From NCBI GenBank assembly GCA_964016885.1, contig OZ024742.1:62372001-62436000 (forward strand): DNA of 64,000 bases. The letters are read 5' to 3'. Positions within the stretch are counted from its first letter, which is position 1; each line of letters opens with the position of its first letter. The translations under genes were made by a program, and so were the position numbers. This document shows, piece by piece, positions 13,595 through 28,284 of the stretch. The DNA is from Eledone cirrhosa (Eukaryota). The notes under the pieces were generated by a model that ran no database searches, had not been told where the DNA came from, and saw nothing but the letters and a program-made list of their open reading frames with translations.

Positions 13595-14394
13595 ATATAC
13601 ATACATATATATATATTGTTATACTTCCTCTACTACTACTGCTATTGATGTCAACAGCCAGGCAGAGAGTAACAGAAGCCCACCGAACTGCTATTTTAGC
13701 CGCTACTACCACCACACAACAAAGGATGAGAGAAAGTAAAAGAGATAAACGAAAATGTGAACTTTTTATTGTCATGCAAACTATGTTCTCTAATATCCTC
13801 ATCTAATTAATATACACCTTAACTTTATTATATAATTCTCATCAAACGTCCTGTAGCATGAAGGTGTCCACATTTTTATCGACTGTAACGGTACTAAAAT
13901 TGTTTTTAAAAAAAGTTTTTTCCGTTTTACTATGGGAAAATTCTATTAGCATTTTCTGTTTTTTTTTCTCATTTTCCTAATATATATATATAACCCGGCC
14001 GATTAACCCACTCGATATGCAAATTGGGCTACTCAGCCGTTAATATGCATAAGGTAAGTATATACGTTCAACAATCTGGCAGGAAGGTATACGTTGCTGA
14101 CGTTAGATAATAGGCTTGAAACTAGTACAGCGTTCCTTTGTCAGTGTTGAACAAACGAGCAACGATGGTTTGTGGACACTACGGCTTAATACGGGATGTT
14201 TGTTTACAAACACACCGAGCATTATAATAAATGTTCAGTGAATCCATACGTACATATATATATGTGTGCATGTAGTTATATATATATACATACTACTGTA
14301 CGTCTGTATACATATATGTATGTACGTGTACATACTTATATTTAAGTAACAGCCGCACTAAGAGTGGGAAATGAAATTTCGTTTCATTTTTCCC

Positions 14395-14434
<40 letters not shown>

Positions 14435-14437
<3 letters not shown>

Positions 14438-15127
14438 TAAAGTTAGTCCTTCATCAGTGATCTTCCAACCATCATTGGTATTTCATCGCTTTAAAGACCA
14501 TATACCTCCGGTTGGTGCGAGCAACGGCTAAAAAAAGTCGTTGGGACACGTAAATAAAGGGGACACGAGTGTAAACAAACAAAAATGGTTAAGCAACGAA
14601 AAGTGAGGAAGAAGGAGTCAAGTCCCAAATTTCTATGAATTTAAATTCGGTGAAATCGTGAACGAGAGAGAATAAAGACCATCAAACCTGGTTGAAATGT
14701 GAGCAAGGAAGGAATTTCGCACAGGTCTAACGGGAGGAAGAAGGGGTCTAGTCGGTGAATTCGGTAAACATAAGTTCTGTGAAATAGTAGACGAGAGAGA
14801 GAAAAAATGCCGACCGGCCTGGCCAAGCGTGCGAAAGAAAAGAATTACGCACAGGTCAAACGGGAAGAAGGAGGAGGAGGAGAGGTAGTAACGGAGAATT
14901 AGTGAGTGAAGGGTGAGGAAGAGGCTAACAGAGAGAGTGACTGCTAGAGAGGGTAAAGATACAGAGAAAGAGGAAGCAGTAAGAACGAAAAAGACGGGTA
15001 ACAGCAGGGGAAAAAATATGTGTAAATATGAGAATAAACGTGCTGCGGGGTTGCTAATGGGTTACATATGAATAAAGTTAGTCCTTCATCAGTGATCTTC
15101 TAACCATCATTGGTATTTCATCGCTTA
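14435..15127 (-). mobile_element. Non-coding 635-bp unit bounded by ~57-bp direct repeats containing CTGATGA
   Basis: gaataaagttagtccttcatcagtgatcttc.aaccatcattggtatttcatcgctt at 14435 and 15070. Confidence 0.65.
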
Positions 15128-15224
15128 TAAGTATGTATACGTACATACATATATGTATTAGTAGCGGCTAAAATAGCAGTTCGGTGGGCTCCTGTTACTC
15201 TCTGCCTGGCTGTTGACATCAATG

Positions 15225-15250
15225 GCAGTAGTAGCAGTAGTAGTAGTATC

Positions 15251-15281
<31 letters not shown>

Positions 15282-15282
15282 A

Positions 15283-15326
<44 letters not shown>

Positions 15327-15334
15327 GTAGTATC

Positions 15335-15383
<49 letters not shown>
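15225..15383. repeat. (TAG)n microsatellite
   Basis: Directly visible. Confidence 0.95.
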
Positions 15384-15964
15384 AAGGAGGAAGGAAAAGC
15401 AGGAGAAGAAGGCGAAGAGGGTAAGGGTGAGGGAGAAGGTGAGGGAGAGGTAAGAGAGGGATTTTTCTTAAAGTGGTATGTCCTACTGATCCGGGATTTT
15501 ATGATATCTCCTGTTTTTTCTACTCCTTTAATTTTAAGGTTCATTTTTTTCTAAAGCTCTTCTAAAATCTAGATCGCCTCTAAGGGTAGCATCGACGATC
15601 ATGACGCTCTGGTATTTTTGGCTGTCACCCCATGAGTTGGTCTTCCCTATCTTTTTCTTAGTCCATTTTACGCTATTCCATGATTTGATCCTGTATAGTG
15701 GGCAAATCCTATTCACACCATTCACCATAATAGTTCTAGTTGTTGAAATGGCAATATGTTCCTGTAGAATATAATATCCTCTTTCATATTATTCTTTAGC
15801 CACATAAAAAATTTGCAAGTTTACGTTTTGACAATATTTTAAATATTTCATCAGCATAATCGTGATATACTCCTTTAAAACATATCTCTGTAAAATCAAT
15901 TAAAAGAAGTTGAAAAGTGGTCTTTCCATTGCTGATACTATGTACCAGTCGCAAGTATTGGCAG

Positions 15965-16052
15965 GAAGTGGAATGTGAAATAAAGTATCTTGCACAAGGA
16001 CACAACACATCGCCTGGTCTAGGAATCGAACTCGCAACCTCACGATTGCAAA
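15965..16052 (-). mobile_element. tRNA-derived SINE fragment (second family)
   Basis: B-box gagttcgattcc followed by tgtgtccttgtgcaagatacttta. Confidence 0.65.
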
Positions 16053-17223
16053 TCCAATGTAAATATGTGGGGTTCACAATAAAAATTCACTAATATATGC
16101 ATTATTATGTAAGGTATGAGGAAATAAATTGTAGTTACGTTATATAGCTGGAGCATATGTAATCGAAAAATCAAAATAGTTTTCTAAAGAAGAAACATTA
16201 AACAATAAATGTTACCAGATAATATCAATAATGATATAACAATGGTTATATTGCTAGATATTATGACAGTCGATATATTGTATATGTATATTGTTATATA
16301 TAAATTAATCAATATCTTAACTTTAGTCCAATGTTTATAGAAACGGCAGGTTTCTATTGAAAAATCATGCTAGTCTTGTGTGTTCTGTTTTGAACAAAGT
16401 GCTACTTTGTCAGTGCTGTACAGATCTGCTTAATTCTTTCCCGAAGATATAAACAGTTTATGGTATGTAGTTTTACATCATCTCTTATGTACCTCTGTTT
16501 CTCAACATTTTGGTCTTTATTTTGTCACTCTCTGTCTCTGAATATTTCATATGTGGTTTTCTGGCTAGTGTTGTAAAATGGAAAAACGATAGATTCCTCT
16601 GTAACATTAGCTAGTTAATGTTTTATGTATCCTTAATATGAATTTGGTATTAAACTGTCAGGGGATTATTAGTTCAGACTTTTAATTAAATGAGATAGAA
16701 TATATGATGTAATGCAATCATATTTCTTAGAGGCTATTATGAAATGTCTGGTTAAATGGCTTATATATATATTTCCTTCACATCTTTTCAATAAATAGTG
16801 AGTGTAAGGTACTGTGTTTAATGAATCAGTGCAAGAATGAGATGATATATTTATGAAATCCAGTTATAAACAAATACGACATACGATTATGTAACTGCTT
16901 TTAGCTTTATTATTTGTAGTATTACCACAGATAAAAACATAGTTTAAAATACAAACACATATCAACACATATATACATACATATATATATACATATATAT
17001 ACACATACATACGCATCAACACCCATATATATATATACACACAGAAACACATATATATAGATATATATACATACATATACACACACATATACGTACACAT
17101 ACATACACATATATACACCCATACATACATATACACCCATATATACACACATACACACACATTTTATATATAATTTATACACATATATACACATACCATA
17201 TATACATATATACTACATATATG

Positions 17224-17275
<52 letters not shown>

Positions 17276-17339
17276 AATATATATATATATATGTATGTAT
17301 GTGTGCATATATATATATTTATTTATATATATATATTAT

Positions 17340-18378
17340 TAGACCTTTGATTCTGTGGACCGTCACTGCCTGATGAAGAGCTTACAGGCTTATGGAATCC
17401 CCAAGAAGATAGTGGACCTGATATCACTGCTCATTACACCTGATGGGATGACAGAGTTCTTTGAGATACTGGCTGGAGTGCTCCAGGGAGATACATTGGC
17501 TCCCTACCTTTTTATCATCGTAGTGAACTATTGTATGCGCCTTGCACTGGAGAAACACCAGGACTCTGGCTTTACTGTAGCACCGGCTCAGAGCAGGAGA
17601 GTTAAGGCGAAAAAGGTATCAGATGCTGAATTTGCCGACGACATAGTTTTGGTGACAAATACAGTGAAGGAGGCAGAGGATTTGACACTGTGTCGATGAG
17701 TGTGGGGCTGAGAATGAATGAGACTAAAACAAAACATCTGGTAGAGAATGTTGAGAAGCCAGAGGGGATCACTAATGTAGGCGGGAAGCCGCTAGAATTG
17801 GTTGAGGACTTCCTGTATTTGGGAGCAAAGATTGGGAATACGGAAGATGATGTGGTTGAGAGGAAGAGCAAAGCCTTGGAGGCGTGCCACAGCTTGAGAT
17901 CGGTGTGCAAGTCGGACCTTCGTAAAGACCTGAAAAATCGCCTCTTCATTGCTGTAGTGGAGTCTGTGCTGCTGTACGGGTCTGAGACTTGGATACTGAC
18001 CAACAAACTCACTCAGATAGTGTATGGGTGCTACACGAGGATGCTGAAGATGGCTCTGAACATTAATCAGTATACACTGAGGATGAAAAACTCAGAGCTG
18101 TATCGGAGCCTCCCAAAAGTCAGCTCAAAAGTGACACAGAAGAGACTGATGTTACCTGGACATGCTCACCGACATCCAGAGTTGACATTGCACTCAGTGC
18201 TCCTGTGGGAGCCCCTGCATGGACACACTGGAAGAGGAAGACCAATGTTAACGTATGTTGATGCCCTAAGGACAGACACTGGTCTGTTGGAGACGCAGGA
18301 CATGGCAGCGATAATGAGGGACAGAGACCGCTGGAGAGAACTCGTCCATGGATCTCGGGAATTTTACCCGCCCTATTC
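17340..18378 (+). mobile_element. RTE-like LINE RT fragment
   Basis: FDSVDR...GVLQGDTLAPYLF...FADDIVL...FLYLG...ESVLLYGSETW; frameshift near 17690. Confidence 0.9.
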
Positions 18379-19654
18379 AAAATATTAATAAATGAAGACA
18401 TTCACATAATCAAAATATATGTTTTATTATATATATTTCGAAGGTACTGTGCTGTTTTTTCAGTACTTCCTTGTCAGATAAAATATATGAATTGATGTAT
18501 GACATACCTCAATTGTCTTGATGGTTCAATTCCAGTATTGGCAGTGATTTATTACAACAAATCTCAACATTTATATACCACAAATAATAACATAATAATC
18601 TTAAATATGATGAAGAAGAGGATGTGGAGCGAGATAGAAGTATAAGGAGGGGGTGAGTATGAGAAAATGCAAGAAGAAATAAATAAACTCATACATATAT
18701 AAATATTTAAATACGTAAATAAACATGTTAGGAGAGAGAGAGGTAGATAGATAGAAGAGAAGAAAGAAGAGAACAGAGAAGAAGGAGAGAGAGAGAGAGA
18801 GAGAGAGAGAGATATATATAGAAGAGAGAAGAAAAAAGACGTAACTGCAAAAAGGAAAGAAAGAAAGAACGAATGAAGGAAGAAAGGGACACGATGCGTG
18901 ACCGTTGTTTTCAAATATTAAGTCAAATAGAAGCGACCAATTAAATACCATGAAATTTGTTTAATATCTTTTGTATTTGGTTATGTTTAAGCTAATTATG
19001 CTAATATATTATATCAAAATTAAACAATATAAAATATTTTCTATAATAATCAAAAGCATAGTTTAATTAATATATTTATTAAATATTTTGTTACAAAATT
19101 TTAAAACATTTTTATCTATAAAGCAAGTTTAAATACATATTAAATATGTATAAGGATATTTACTAATACTTATGCGCATATCACCATAAGTATATGCATT
19201 TTATATAATGTTAAGAATTATTATCTGAATTATTCTATTTTCATTATAAAAACAGTTCAATTCATTACTTACAGGATTAATAAGTAGTTATATTTACTCT
19301 TAAAAGTATTATTATTTTGATTTTACTTTTGTAACTGTATCTTAATATATGTAGTTTGCCTTTAAGGATTTTTCGTAAATTGTATAAATCATGCTAAATA
19401 TACATTATTAATCCATTTGGATAGAACGAAAATTATTTACGAAGAATGTAAACACAGGAAGATAACCCGTACAACTTATGTTATCATTTATATTATCTAA
19501 GTGCTTTGAAAGCCAAAAGATATTTCAAACCGCGAATTCAGAAATTTCTAGTTATACAATGACCATTCTAAATTCGAACTTAGGATACTGAGTCAAATCA
19601 TGAGATTAATTTACTATATAAAAACGATATACAATTTTTAAGGTAAGGCAAAAC

Positions 19655-19690
<36 letters not shown>

Positions 19691-22179
19691 TTTCAAGAAT
19701 TATTAATAATAGTCAATATTTTTTTCTTCTTAGTCAGTATTTTTTTCTAAATTTGTTATATGCTTGAAATGTCTTTCCAGACTTATGTAGACAAGTTCCA
19801 AATAATTCATTTTTTATAATTAATTAAATTACCATAATTGGTAATTATTAATAGAGTTTCTAAATTGCAAAGATTGCAGTTTAGTGAAATGGAAGCGTCC
19901 CGATAGGAGGCTTACTACAAGAAATTAAGTATTTAATATTTTTCTCTTTTATAGACCATATTAATTGTGATAATGAAGTAGAACATTTTTTATCTGGATT
20001 TGAGAAAGAATGTTTATGATTGGAAAAGCGAAACTTAAAGTTCGATGAAGTGGCACCTATGTAGTTATAAGTATTATTATTATTTGTCTTAATGGTACAT
20101 TTATATACTAAATTCTTATCAAGGCAATTATTTGGAAAGGGCATTCAGATTTCCTTCTACAGTTACAGTTCAATTCCCTGTTATTTCTATAACCTAAACT
20201 ATTCGTATTATCATTATTATTTCTAGGTGTTCTACTATTATTCGTATTTAAACTATTGTTATTGTTATTCACGTTAACTAATGTATTATTATTAATATTA
20301 TTGTTATCATCGCTAATTATATGCTGGTTCAAATTAAGAATTTTGCTATTAATTTTTGCAATATTTTGAGCAATATTAATGTTGAATATGAGAGTTTAAC
20401 CGTGTGTCTATTAAAGATAGAGTAATACTTATGTGATCTAGGGAAACATTTATCCAAGGCTTTAAAAAATAAATGTGCTAAAGGTGTTTTAATAGCTAAA
20501 GATGCTGGTGGGGCATAACACATTATAGATCTAGTCCTAATTCTTTTCCCCGATTTATTCCTCAAGTTGTTATTTTTACAGTCAGTTTTATTTTAATTAT
20601 TATTATTATGAATATTGTGTTTATAATTAATATTATTTCTTTCTACATATTCAATATATTTTTGCCTATCCGATCGAGTCCAAAAATCATTATTAAAGTC
20701 AATCAAGGTTCGCCTTGCCGTTAAAATAATATTAAATTCGTCACTAGATAGATTCGTGTGTTTATATGCATATGAAAGCGCCTTATTTAAAAGACTAGGA
20801 TTTATTGAGGAGTAATAACTCGCTATGTCCATTTGAATGAATTTATGATTTATCTTATTTTCGATATTATTGAACCAATCTATGACTTCAGTAGTGCCCT
20901 TCCATAAGTTAAGCCTTGACTTCAATTTTAACGTTGGCAAAATCCTATCTATTATCTTTTTACTAATTATTCCAAGGTCTGATTTGGAAGGTTCAATAAG
21001 TCTAATAGGTAAGTCCTCTTCGAAATTTCTTTTATGGTCTTTAAAATTTATACGTGGTTGCCTTGGTATGAAAGATTCGGTCTTCGGTTCTATTCCGAGA
21101 TTGGTGATAATTTCAAAAGCATCATTATTGATATCCAATAGATCCTCACTCGGGGCTTTTCTGTAATTTTTTCTCAATTCTTTTAAAATTAAGTCCTTAT
21201 ATTTTGTTTTTACTATCCCATATAGGTTGTGGGTTTTGTCTGAATTCACTAATATTTTATTTACTTTTTTTATGTCATTAATTTTTTCTCAATGACCTCT
21301 ATATATATATGTGTTTTTCTTAAATTTTATATTCCTTAATATATTAAAAATTTCGTTTTCGAAATTTTCCAAGAGTTTGTTGTACGGAGGATTTTTCCTA
21401 GATTTAAACATATCTCGAAATTATGGTTGGTGTTTTTCTTATTTGTTTCTTTATTCTTTTCAAAATGAAAAGCACGCCACCGCAGTCTTCTTATGAAGGA
21501 GTTAGTTTGTCCAATAAGTTTTCTCGTGTATTCTTCTTTAGATGGTAAAGGTATATCTTTGAGAGATGTAGAAACCCTAAAGAATTACATCATTTATTAA
21601 TTAATAATCTATTGCAGAAGAAGCGCTCTACCTTCTGGGAGCTAAATATGACCAAAGATTAATAGGGTTCATTGATTACTCAATGAATATAGTTTTACAA
21701 TAGATTAAAAACACTCTACAAAGAAGTTTTCTGGAGTTATTAATATTATTCAAAATATTAATAAATGAAGACATTCACATAATCAAAATATATGTTTTAT
21801 TAAATATATTTCGAAGGTACTGTGCTGTGTTTTCAGTACGTCCTCGTCAGATAAAATACATGAATTGATGTATGAGATACCTCAACTGTCTTGGTGGTTC
21901 AATTCCAGTATTGGCAGTGATTTATTACAACAAATCTCAACTTTTATATACCACAAATAATAACATGATAAACTTAAATATGATGAAGAAGAGGATGTGG
22001 AGCGAGATATAAGTATAAGGAGGGGGTGAGTATGAGAAAATGCAAGAAGAAATAAATAAACACATACATATATAAATATTTAAATGCGTAAATAAACGTA
22101 TTAGGGAAGAAAAAGAGAGAGAGAGGTAGATAGATAGAAGAGAAGAAAGAAGAGAGAAGAAAGAATAGAAGAGAGAAGA

Positions 22180-22241
<62 letters not shown>

Positions 22242-22560
22242 TAGAAGAGAGAAGAAGAAAGACGCAAATGCAAAAAAGAAAGAAAGAAAGAAAGAAAGAG
22301 ACATGATGCGTGACCGTTATTTTCAAATATTAAGTCAAATAGAAGCTACCAATTAAATACCATGAAATTTTTTTAATATCTTTTGTATTTGGTTATGTTT
22401 AAGCTAATTATACTAATATATTATATCAAAATTAAACAATATATAATATTTTCTATAATAATCAGAAGCATAGTTTAATTAATATATTTATTAAATATTT
22501 TGTTACAAAATTTTAAAACATTTTTATCTATAAAGCAAGTTTAAATACATATTAAATATG
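18376..22560 (-). mobile_element. Penelope-like element (Naiad-like) with ~780-bp direct pseudo-LTRs
   Basis: 18376-19150 repeats at 21748-22560; ORF remnants SLKDIPLPS..RLRWRA (about 21590-21310), RT KFIQMDIASYYSSI, linker IFNRHTVKLSYS, CNCR..CP..CL and GIY-YIG LVYKC..YIGAT. Confidence 0.9.
21795..21856 (-). ncRNA. Type I hammerhead ribozyme motif in pLTR
   Basis: ttttat-CTGACGA-ggacGTACTG..CAGTACcttc-GAAA-tatattta-ataaaa; second copy at 18422-18483 has CTGACAA. Confidence 0.75.
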
Positions 22561-22805
22561 TATAGATAGATATGTATAGATAGATATGTGTATATATATG
22601 TATGTGTGTGTATATATGTATGTGTGGATATGTGTATAATATATTTATATGTATATATATGTAGTATATATATATGTATATGTAAAAAATATATATATAT
22701 ATGTAGGAGGTATAAAATGTGTTTATATGGAATATATATGTGTATGTATGTGTATATAAAATGTGTGGAGAATATATATGTGTATATATATGTATATGTA
22801 CGTGC

Positions 22806-22857
<52 letters not shown>

Positions 22858-22894
22858 GTATATGGGATATATATATATATATAGAGAGAGAGAG

Positions 22895-23846
22895 ATTGGT
22901 GAACGGAAAAGAAAATGCTGACAAATTGTTCACAGTGAAAAATACTTTAATTAGGAATAAGTGAAAATTAGTAATAGTATTGGTTAGTATTCAGTTTTGG
23001 TTCTAAGTTTTACCGGTTGCTCATTTCTAATACTTTTCAAAACTAATTTTGAGATAGAGCGCCCGTGATGTTTACTCTAATCTGATTAGTTTTGGAAATT
23101 CTACCTGTTTTATGTGAAAAAAGTGGCTCCAGATGTATTAAAAAATTCTTGTGGTCAAAACAATTTTGACCACACACATACACACACTTCTCCGTATAAG
23201 ACAAGAGCTGAAAAATATCTTTTAACATGTTAAAATATCCCCCACACACTTACAGACACATTCCTACTGACCATCCCTCTACCACGAATTACTCTGCTAC
23301 ACACACACACACACACACACACACTTGTCTTAATAGGCATTTGAACTGTCAACAGGCTGCGGTTCGCACCCACATCCCTGCTGACCATTATCACAACAAC
23401 GAACCTCTTTACTACTACTACACACACACACACACATATTTGTTTTGAAAGACTTATTTTTCAGTGACTTCTCAATCAGCCGACACAAACCTACATTTGG
23501 CGCAAAATCAATTTTGAACATTCACATGACCTCTACCGACCAATCAAAATTGTTTTGACCACAAGAATTTTTGCAACACGAATTGGCGCGAAACTTATTT
23601 TAATACATCTGGAGCCACTTTTTTCACATAAAACAGGTAGAATTTCCAAAACTAATCAGATCAGAGCAAACACCACAGGCGCTCTATCACAAAATTATTT
23701 TTGAAAAGCATTAGAAATGCGCAACCGGTAAAACTTAAAACCAAAACTGAATACTAACCAATACTATTGCTAATTTTCACTTATTCCTAATTAAAGTATT
23801 TTTCACTGTGAACAATTTGTCAGCATTTTCTTTTCCGTTTACCAAT
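22895..23846. mobile_element. Fold-back element, ~280 bp arms
   Basis: 22895-23172 is the reverse complement of 23543-23846; variant motif TTGAAAA-GCAT tagaa ATGC-GCAACCGGTA at 23701. Confidence 0.85.
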
Positions 23847-23880
23847 ATATCATAACTCGTGTGTTACACCTCTATTCTTT

Positions 23881-23975
<95 letters not shown>

Positions 23976-24329
23976 ATATATGGTACATATGTGGGAGATA
24001 TATATGTATGTAGAAAAAATATATGTGTGTATATGTGGTGTATATATATACATATGTGTGTATGTGTTTGAAATATATGTATATGTATGTATAGGATATA
24101 TATATATATGTATGTGTATGTATGTGTGTGTGTGTGTACGTATATATGTATATGTATGTATGTATGTAGAAAATATATATTTGTATGTATGTGAGATATA
24201 TATATATATGTATATATGCGTATGTATAATAAGATATGTATAATATATATGTATGTTTAGTGTGTATGTGTATGTGTGTATCAGATATATATATATATAT
24301 ATGTATTTGTGTATATATAAATATATATA

Positions 24330-25465
24330 CACGTACTCCTCGTTTAACGAACGTGTTACGTTCCAATGACCCGTTCGTTAACCGAAATGATCGTTAAACG
24401 AGTGACTTTCTGCCGACATTTGGCATATAGGCCTGTAGAGTACAGCATATATTCTTGATTTTTTTTCTTTATTTCGATTAATAGTTTTTAACTTAAAATC
24501 ATATACACAAAACTATAGCTTTTCTTTATAAAGTATATTACTGTACAGTAGTCTTATTTTTTGTTTTAGCTGTGGATTTCAAGGTTTTCAAAGCTAGGCT
24601 AGGCTACCTTATTGACACCAAATAGCTTCTCTCTTTAACACTCGGCAATATATTTTTCATGTTATCTTTTTATTTTCTCTCTTGTATGATAAGCTATTTG
24701 CACAATACACATCATATTACAGTACTACAGATATTTGGTATGTATGTGGGGTTGGAGTCGGAGTTTTACCCAGAAAGCTCAGCATAGATGACTGTTTTGT
24801 TTGCTTTTTTTTCTCATCATAAATTTCACGATAGCAACGTGGTCCATTTTCCAAATGTCTTTGAAATTTTGCCAAGCGTTCAATGTTAGGATCCATTGCC
24901 TCCAATCCTGACATCGCCTTACTTTTATGCGTGCCCCCAAGCCCTTAACAGTGAACATTTTCTGTTCCTCATCTGGTTGTTCTGCTGCTTCTTCCAACTC
25001 TTCTCTATGTCGCTGTTCTTCCACCTCTATTAAATCTTCGTCAGTCAACTCTCCTTCAACAAAGTTCACTAAATTTTCCACATCTTGCGCATCCACTTCC
25101 AACCGCAACTTTTGAGCAAGACCAACTATTTTATTACGTATCACTTCAAAATCTGAATTTTTATCAAAACCTTCAAAATTATTAACAAACATTTTCAAGC
25201 ACTTTTTCCAGACAACTTTCATACATTTTCCACTCACGTCCCCCCAAGGTCGGTCGATGTTCTTGATGCAGTTGACAATATTAAAATCTTTCCAAAATTC
25301 ACGAAGATCCATTACATCATCCTCCGTTGCTGTTACTGCCTGTGCAAAAGTAGTTCGCAAATGATACGCCTTGAAAGTAGATATCACCTCTGGTCCATTG
25401 GTTGAAGAATTGACGTCGTATTTTGGGGCAGATACACTACTTTAACATTAGGATGCAGGTCATCA
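24330..25465 (-). mobile_element. Tigger/pogo DNA transposon 3' half (DDE_1 transposase remnant)
   Basis: VKVVYLPQNTTSILQPMDQ/ISTFKAYHLRTTF...FWKDFNI; Tigger-type terminus TA|cacgtactcctcgtttaacg at 24330. Confidence 0.9.
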
Positions 25466-25601
25466 ATATGTTGTATAAAATATATATAAAATGTGTGTGC
25501 ATATATGGGTTTATATGTATGTGTGTGTGTATATATGTGTATGTATGTGTTCGTATATGTTTGTGTATATGTATATATATATATATATATATACATATAT
25601 A

Positions 25602-25634
<33 letters not shown>

Positions 25635-26654
25635 GGGTGTGTATGCGTATGAATGTGTGTGTATATATATGTATATATGTGTTGGTATGTGTTTGTATGT
25701 AGTATATATGGACTGTAGATACATTTACATATAGGGAAGTGAATATATGAGCCACCATGTCCCCCCCCCCCCCCTCCACCGCACTTCCTCTCCCAGAGCA
25801 ATATCAACAACACATCTTTGACAAATATTCCCAAACTATCCATCTTTTTTCTTTTTCCTGTCATCCCATTCTTATCAAGAGACAGGTATCTTACACCTCA
25901 TTAAAACCCAGACACGCACCTAAATTCATCTGTGATATAGAAATTTGTAGAAGATATTCTTTATGGATTTGGAAAGTTGAATCAGCTATGCCATTATAAA
26001 CTCATCAAAGGTCAGCTAATGAAATAAAACCAGCAGGAGAGTAGGTTTACGACCACCTTCTCAAACACCCTTATCTTACAACCTCACCATTTTCTGGGTG
26101 TATATATAGTTGTGCGTGTATATGTGCGTGTGTATGTACGCGTGTGTGTGTATGTATGTATGTATGTATACTTTAATTCCTCCGGACCTTCATCATCATC
26201 AACACTCATTAACACCACACGCCACACCCTAGACACATCCAAATCTCTCTTATATATATAGTCACACATTTCAACACAACCTGATCTCAGTTTGACAATC
26301 ACCACAGATAGACGAATGCGAGAAAGTACTCCAAGTTAACCAGGAATCTTTAAAATTCTTCCCACCGAAATTAACAACGAACTTACTGGATCTACTAACT
26401 CTTAACATTATAATATTATATTTTGTTTAAATCATAAAAGGTTAACTTTGCCTTTCATCCTTACGGGGTCGATAAAATAAAGTACCAGTAATACACTGGT
26501 GAATTTGCTGGCCTTGTGCCAAAAGTAGAAACAATTATATTATAACATTAAATCATAAAATGTTTTAACACTACAAGTGAAGTCATTCTTTTCCCTTTTA
26601 TTCAAATATACCTAACTGTACCAAGGATCGCACACATTTTCCAATATATATATA

Positions 26655-26975
26655 TATGCCTCTTTTCGTCTACTCTCACCGACGTTAGACTTGTTTTTCT
26701 TCGCTCTCCCTATCTCGCCGTCAACAAGACCTCGGACATATGTTCAGCCGTTGGTTTGACTTCTTTCTCTCTCTCACTCCTTGTTACTTACATACATGTG
26801 CTTCCCCTCGCGTCCCCCTTTTATCGGTATGTTCTCTGCTTCTTTTTCTTTTATTCTTTGTCTGGGTTTTTTCTCTCTCCTTTATTCCTTCCCCAATAAC
26901 TTTCAAAAGTTATTGACGCACTGGAGATAGACATATTGTTTAATGCGTTGAAATGTCGATGACCTCCAGCAGAAA
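26655..26975 (+). repeat. Interspersed repeat, unclassified
   Basis: Direct copy at 28095-28480 and a diverged copy at 36230-36490. Confidence 0.7.
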
Positions 26976-27391
26976 AGTGAAGAGAATCAATTATTAATAT
27001 TAGAAAAACTCAGATTACATATATATATATATAATAATATATGTAGAATAAACACAGTGAATTCTGTGTCTAAAATTACGAGGGTAGAGAATACCACAAA
27101 TGTTTTATATATTTAACCTGAATCTTACGTAAGATTCAGGTTAAATATATAAAGCAAATGTTGTATTCACTAGGTCAGCAAATACCCATTACATTACTGG
27201 TACTTTATTTTATCGACCTCGTAAGGATGAAAGGCAGAGTTAACCTCGTCGGGATTTGAACTCGGATCGTAAAGGGACGTAACTATGCTGGAAAGCATGT
27301 CCGACCCTATACCGATACTGCCAATTCACAATAACATTCGATTCGTTTGCAATTGTCCATTTTATTTGCTTTCCTTTTATTTCTAAATACA

Positions 27392-27628
<237 letters not shown>

Positions 27629-27840
27629 AGAAAAACCACAAACCCTCCATCTCAATTCTACTTTTGAAAAGCACAAGAACTGCGAAACCGGTAAAGGAAC
27701 TAAATAAATATTTTAAAAAAGAATCCAGTTGCATTTTCGATTTCATCTTTTTTCCTTATATATATATATATCCAGGAAAAACTTGAACTGTTAAGATCTT
27801 CTTCCTGGAGATGTCAATATTTATAAAACAAACTTTGTAT

Positions 27841-27900
27841 TTTATCTGATGAGTGCGTACCAAAGTTTTGTTACCCTTGAAATATATATAATGGAATAAA
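27841..27900 (+). ncRNA. Hammerhead-like motif (same family as 47004-47068)
   Basis: tttat-CTGATGA-...ccttGAAA-tatatata-atggaata; stem II degenerate. Confidence 0.55.
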
Positions 27901-27937
27901 TATGGTTTTATAAATATAGTTACCATTTATTTAATAT

Positions 27938-27991
<54 letters not shown>

Positions 27992-28198
27992 GTAATCTGA
28001 GTTTTTCTAATATTCATAAAACATTCGATTCGTTTGGAATTGTGCAAACGAATTGTTTCTTCTAAATTTTTATTAATTTTTTACTGTGACCTGTTATTCC
28101 TTTTCGCCTACTTTCGCCGAGGTTAGACTTCATTTACTTCGCTCTCACTATCTCGCCGTCAATAAGACTTCGGACATATGTTCAGCCGCTGGTTTGAC

Positions 28199-28284
<86 letters not shown>

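Noticed and set aside
25745-26080. Possible Penelope thumb-domain remnant
   Set aside because: Only a weak F.SCHP..K similarity; too degenerate to call
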